Positions 62,846 to 64,000 of a stretch of 64,000 nucleotides of DNA are shown here, piece by piece (within the stretch, counting starts at the first letter, position 1; the number at the start of each line of letters is the position of its first letter). Both the position numbers and the translations under genes were made by a program. This DNA is from Sphyrna mokarran (lineage: Eukaryota), in NCBI GenBank assembly GCA_024679065.1, contig JAGIQG010000009.1:44516001-44580000 (forward strand). The letters are read 5' to 3'. The notes under the pieces were generated by a model that was not told the DNA's origin, made no database searches, and was given only the letters and a program-made list of their open reading frames with translations.

Positions 62846-63973
62846 TGCTTTCCTGAAGCACGTAACCTGAAAAAAAAACAAAGGTAATAATTTTAAATGA
62901 TCAGGAAGATGTATTGGGAAACTGTAGGGGTTATCACACTAACCATGATTGCATGCTGCATACAGCGCCATTTGGAAGGAAGGATTTATTTAGGATGAAT
63001 CTCTTGAGAGATGTGACTGAGAACCTACTTAGAATGTAGGTTTCAAGTGCAAACCAAGATCTGGCGTGGAATGGAGCAGAGCGGATGAAGTGACAAGCCA
63101 GGAAGAAAATGGCCAACATGGGAAATATTCTGTGAGGAAAGATCATGAAACTTAGGAATTACGGTAGAATCGGGGGCAACGAGCTGACATTAGTACAGTC
63201 AGCATCTCAGTTAATGCATGTTACTGACAGGAGCATGAGATAATTGCACAACAGTATTAACTAAGGATAACAAGATAACTGGGCACTTTTGTGGAATTTT
63301 TAAAAATAAATCTCCTAAAAGTGACTAAGACAAACATGCTGGAGCACTGTCTGTGTGGCTGAGTTACAAATATTCAATGCCTACCAAACACTACACTGGA
63401 AAATATGTATGTTTAGATATCAGAAAACAGAATCAAAGTCTCTTTTCCCTTCCTTCCCTCTTCACCGACATCCGTTGTTAATGGGACCAGATAATAGAGA
63501 GAGTCTGGCATTTGTGGAACATTTTTCCATGCTGATATTGAAGGTCAGGAGAGGGAAGTGAAAAGAATGACCAAACACTAAGGCTCAGAGTTTTGCTCCT
63601 AGCTCTGCTTCACAGAGATGGGAGAATGCCCCACTCCGCAAACCCTAACTTTAAAAATGGCTGCCTCTCATCAGATGTTTGGTCTGCAGGAGGAGCACGA
63701 ACTAGATTCAAAGTATGGACGGGCAACACAGGAAGAGCTGAGGAGGATGCCAAGTGATGAGGAGGATTGAGAGAAATCCTGACTCAGGAATCTGGCACTG
63801 TGTCCAAAAATTAGAAATTAAGAATAAAACATGAAGCACCTCTCCAGTCCTCACAGCTCACTCCTATCTCACATCAACCCCCCCTCCCCATTACCATTCC
63901 TCCCCCTTACCCCCGCCTCCAACCACCCCAATATACTGATCACAATCCTTCAATATCAATCAGTGCCATTATT

Positions 63974-64000
63974 GAAACATAGAAATTAGGAGCAGGAGTA
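63974..64000 (-). mobile_element. CR1 3' terminus at window edge
   Basis: gaaacatagaaattaggagcaggagta is the reverse complement of the CR1 tail tactcctgctcctatttcttatgttc. Confidence 0.7.

Noticed and set aside
1-64000. Host protein-coding gene or prokaryotic/viral system
   Set aside because: No ORF with recognisable non-transposon homology, operon structure or viral hallmark; short host exons cannot be excluded by eye.

Overview
Vertebrate nuclear DNA, most likely a cartilaginous fish (shark): it carries HE1/V-SINE-type SINEs, many CR1 LINEs and elasmobranch-type Penelope-like and Harbinger-like repeats. I found no convincing host protein-coding exon. Every recognisable ORF is a transposon remnant (CR1, L2, Rex1/Babar, Tx1 reverse transcriptase fragments, and an intron-containing Harbinger Myb/SANT gene fossil). 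AT-rich, repeat-poor blocks between the repeats look like possible conserved non-coding/enhancer DNA. The most unusual object is at 36.4-37.85 kb: a 5'-truncated Tx1-clade retrotransposon followed directly by a ~315-bp element. That element starts exactly at nucleotide 1 of U2 snRNA, holds a second U2 fragment and three stem-loops, and shares a 12-nt 3' terminus with the Tx1. It is a candidate U2-derived SINE/Tx1 partner system. Two local inverted duplications (170 and ~310 bp arms), a SINE-LINE chimera and SINEs with two alternative LINE-like tails are also notable. Family names come from recalled consensus motifs, not database searches, and repeat boundaries are approximate.
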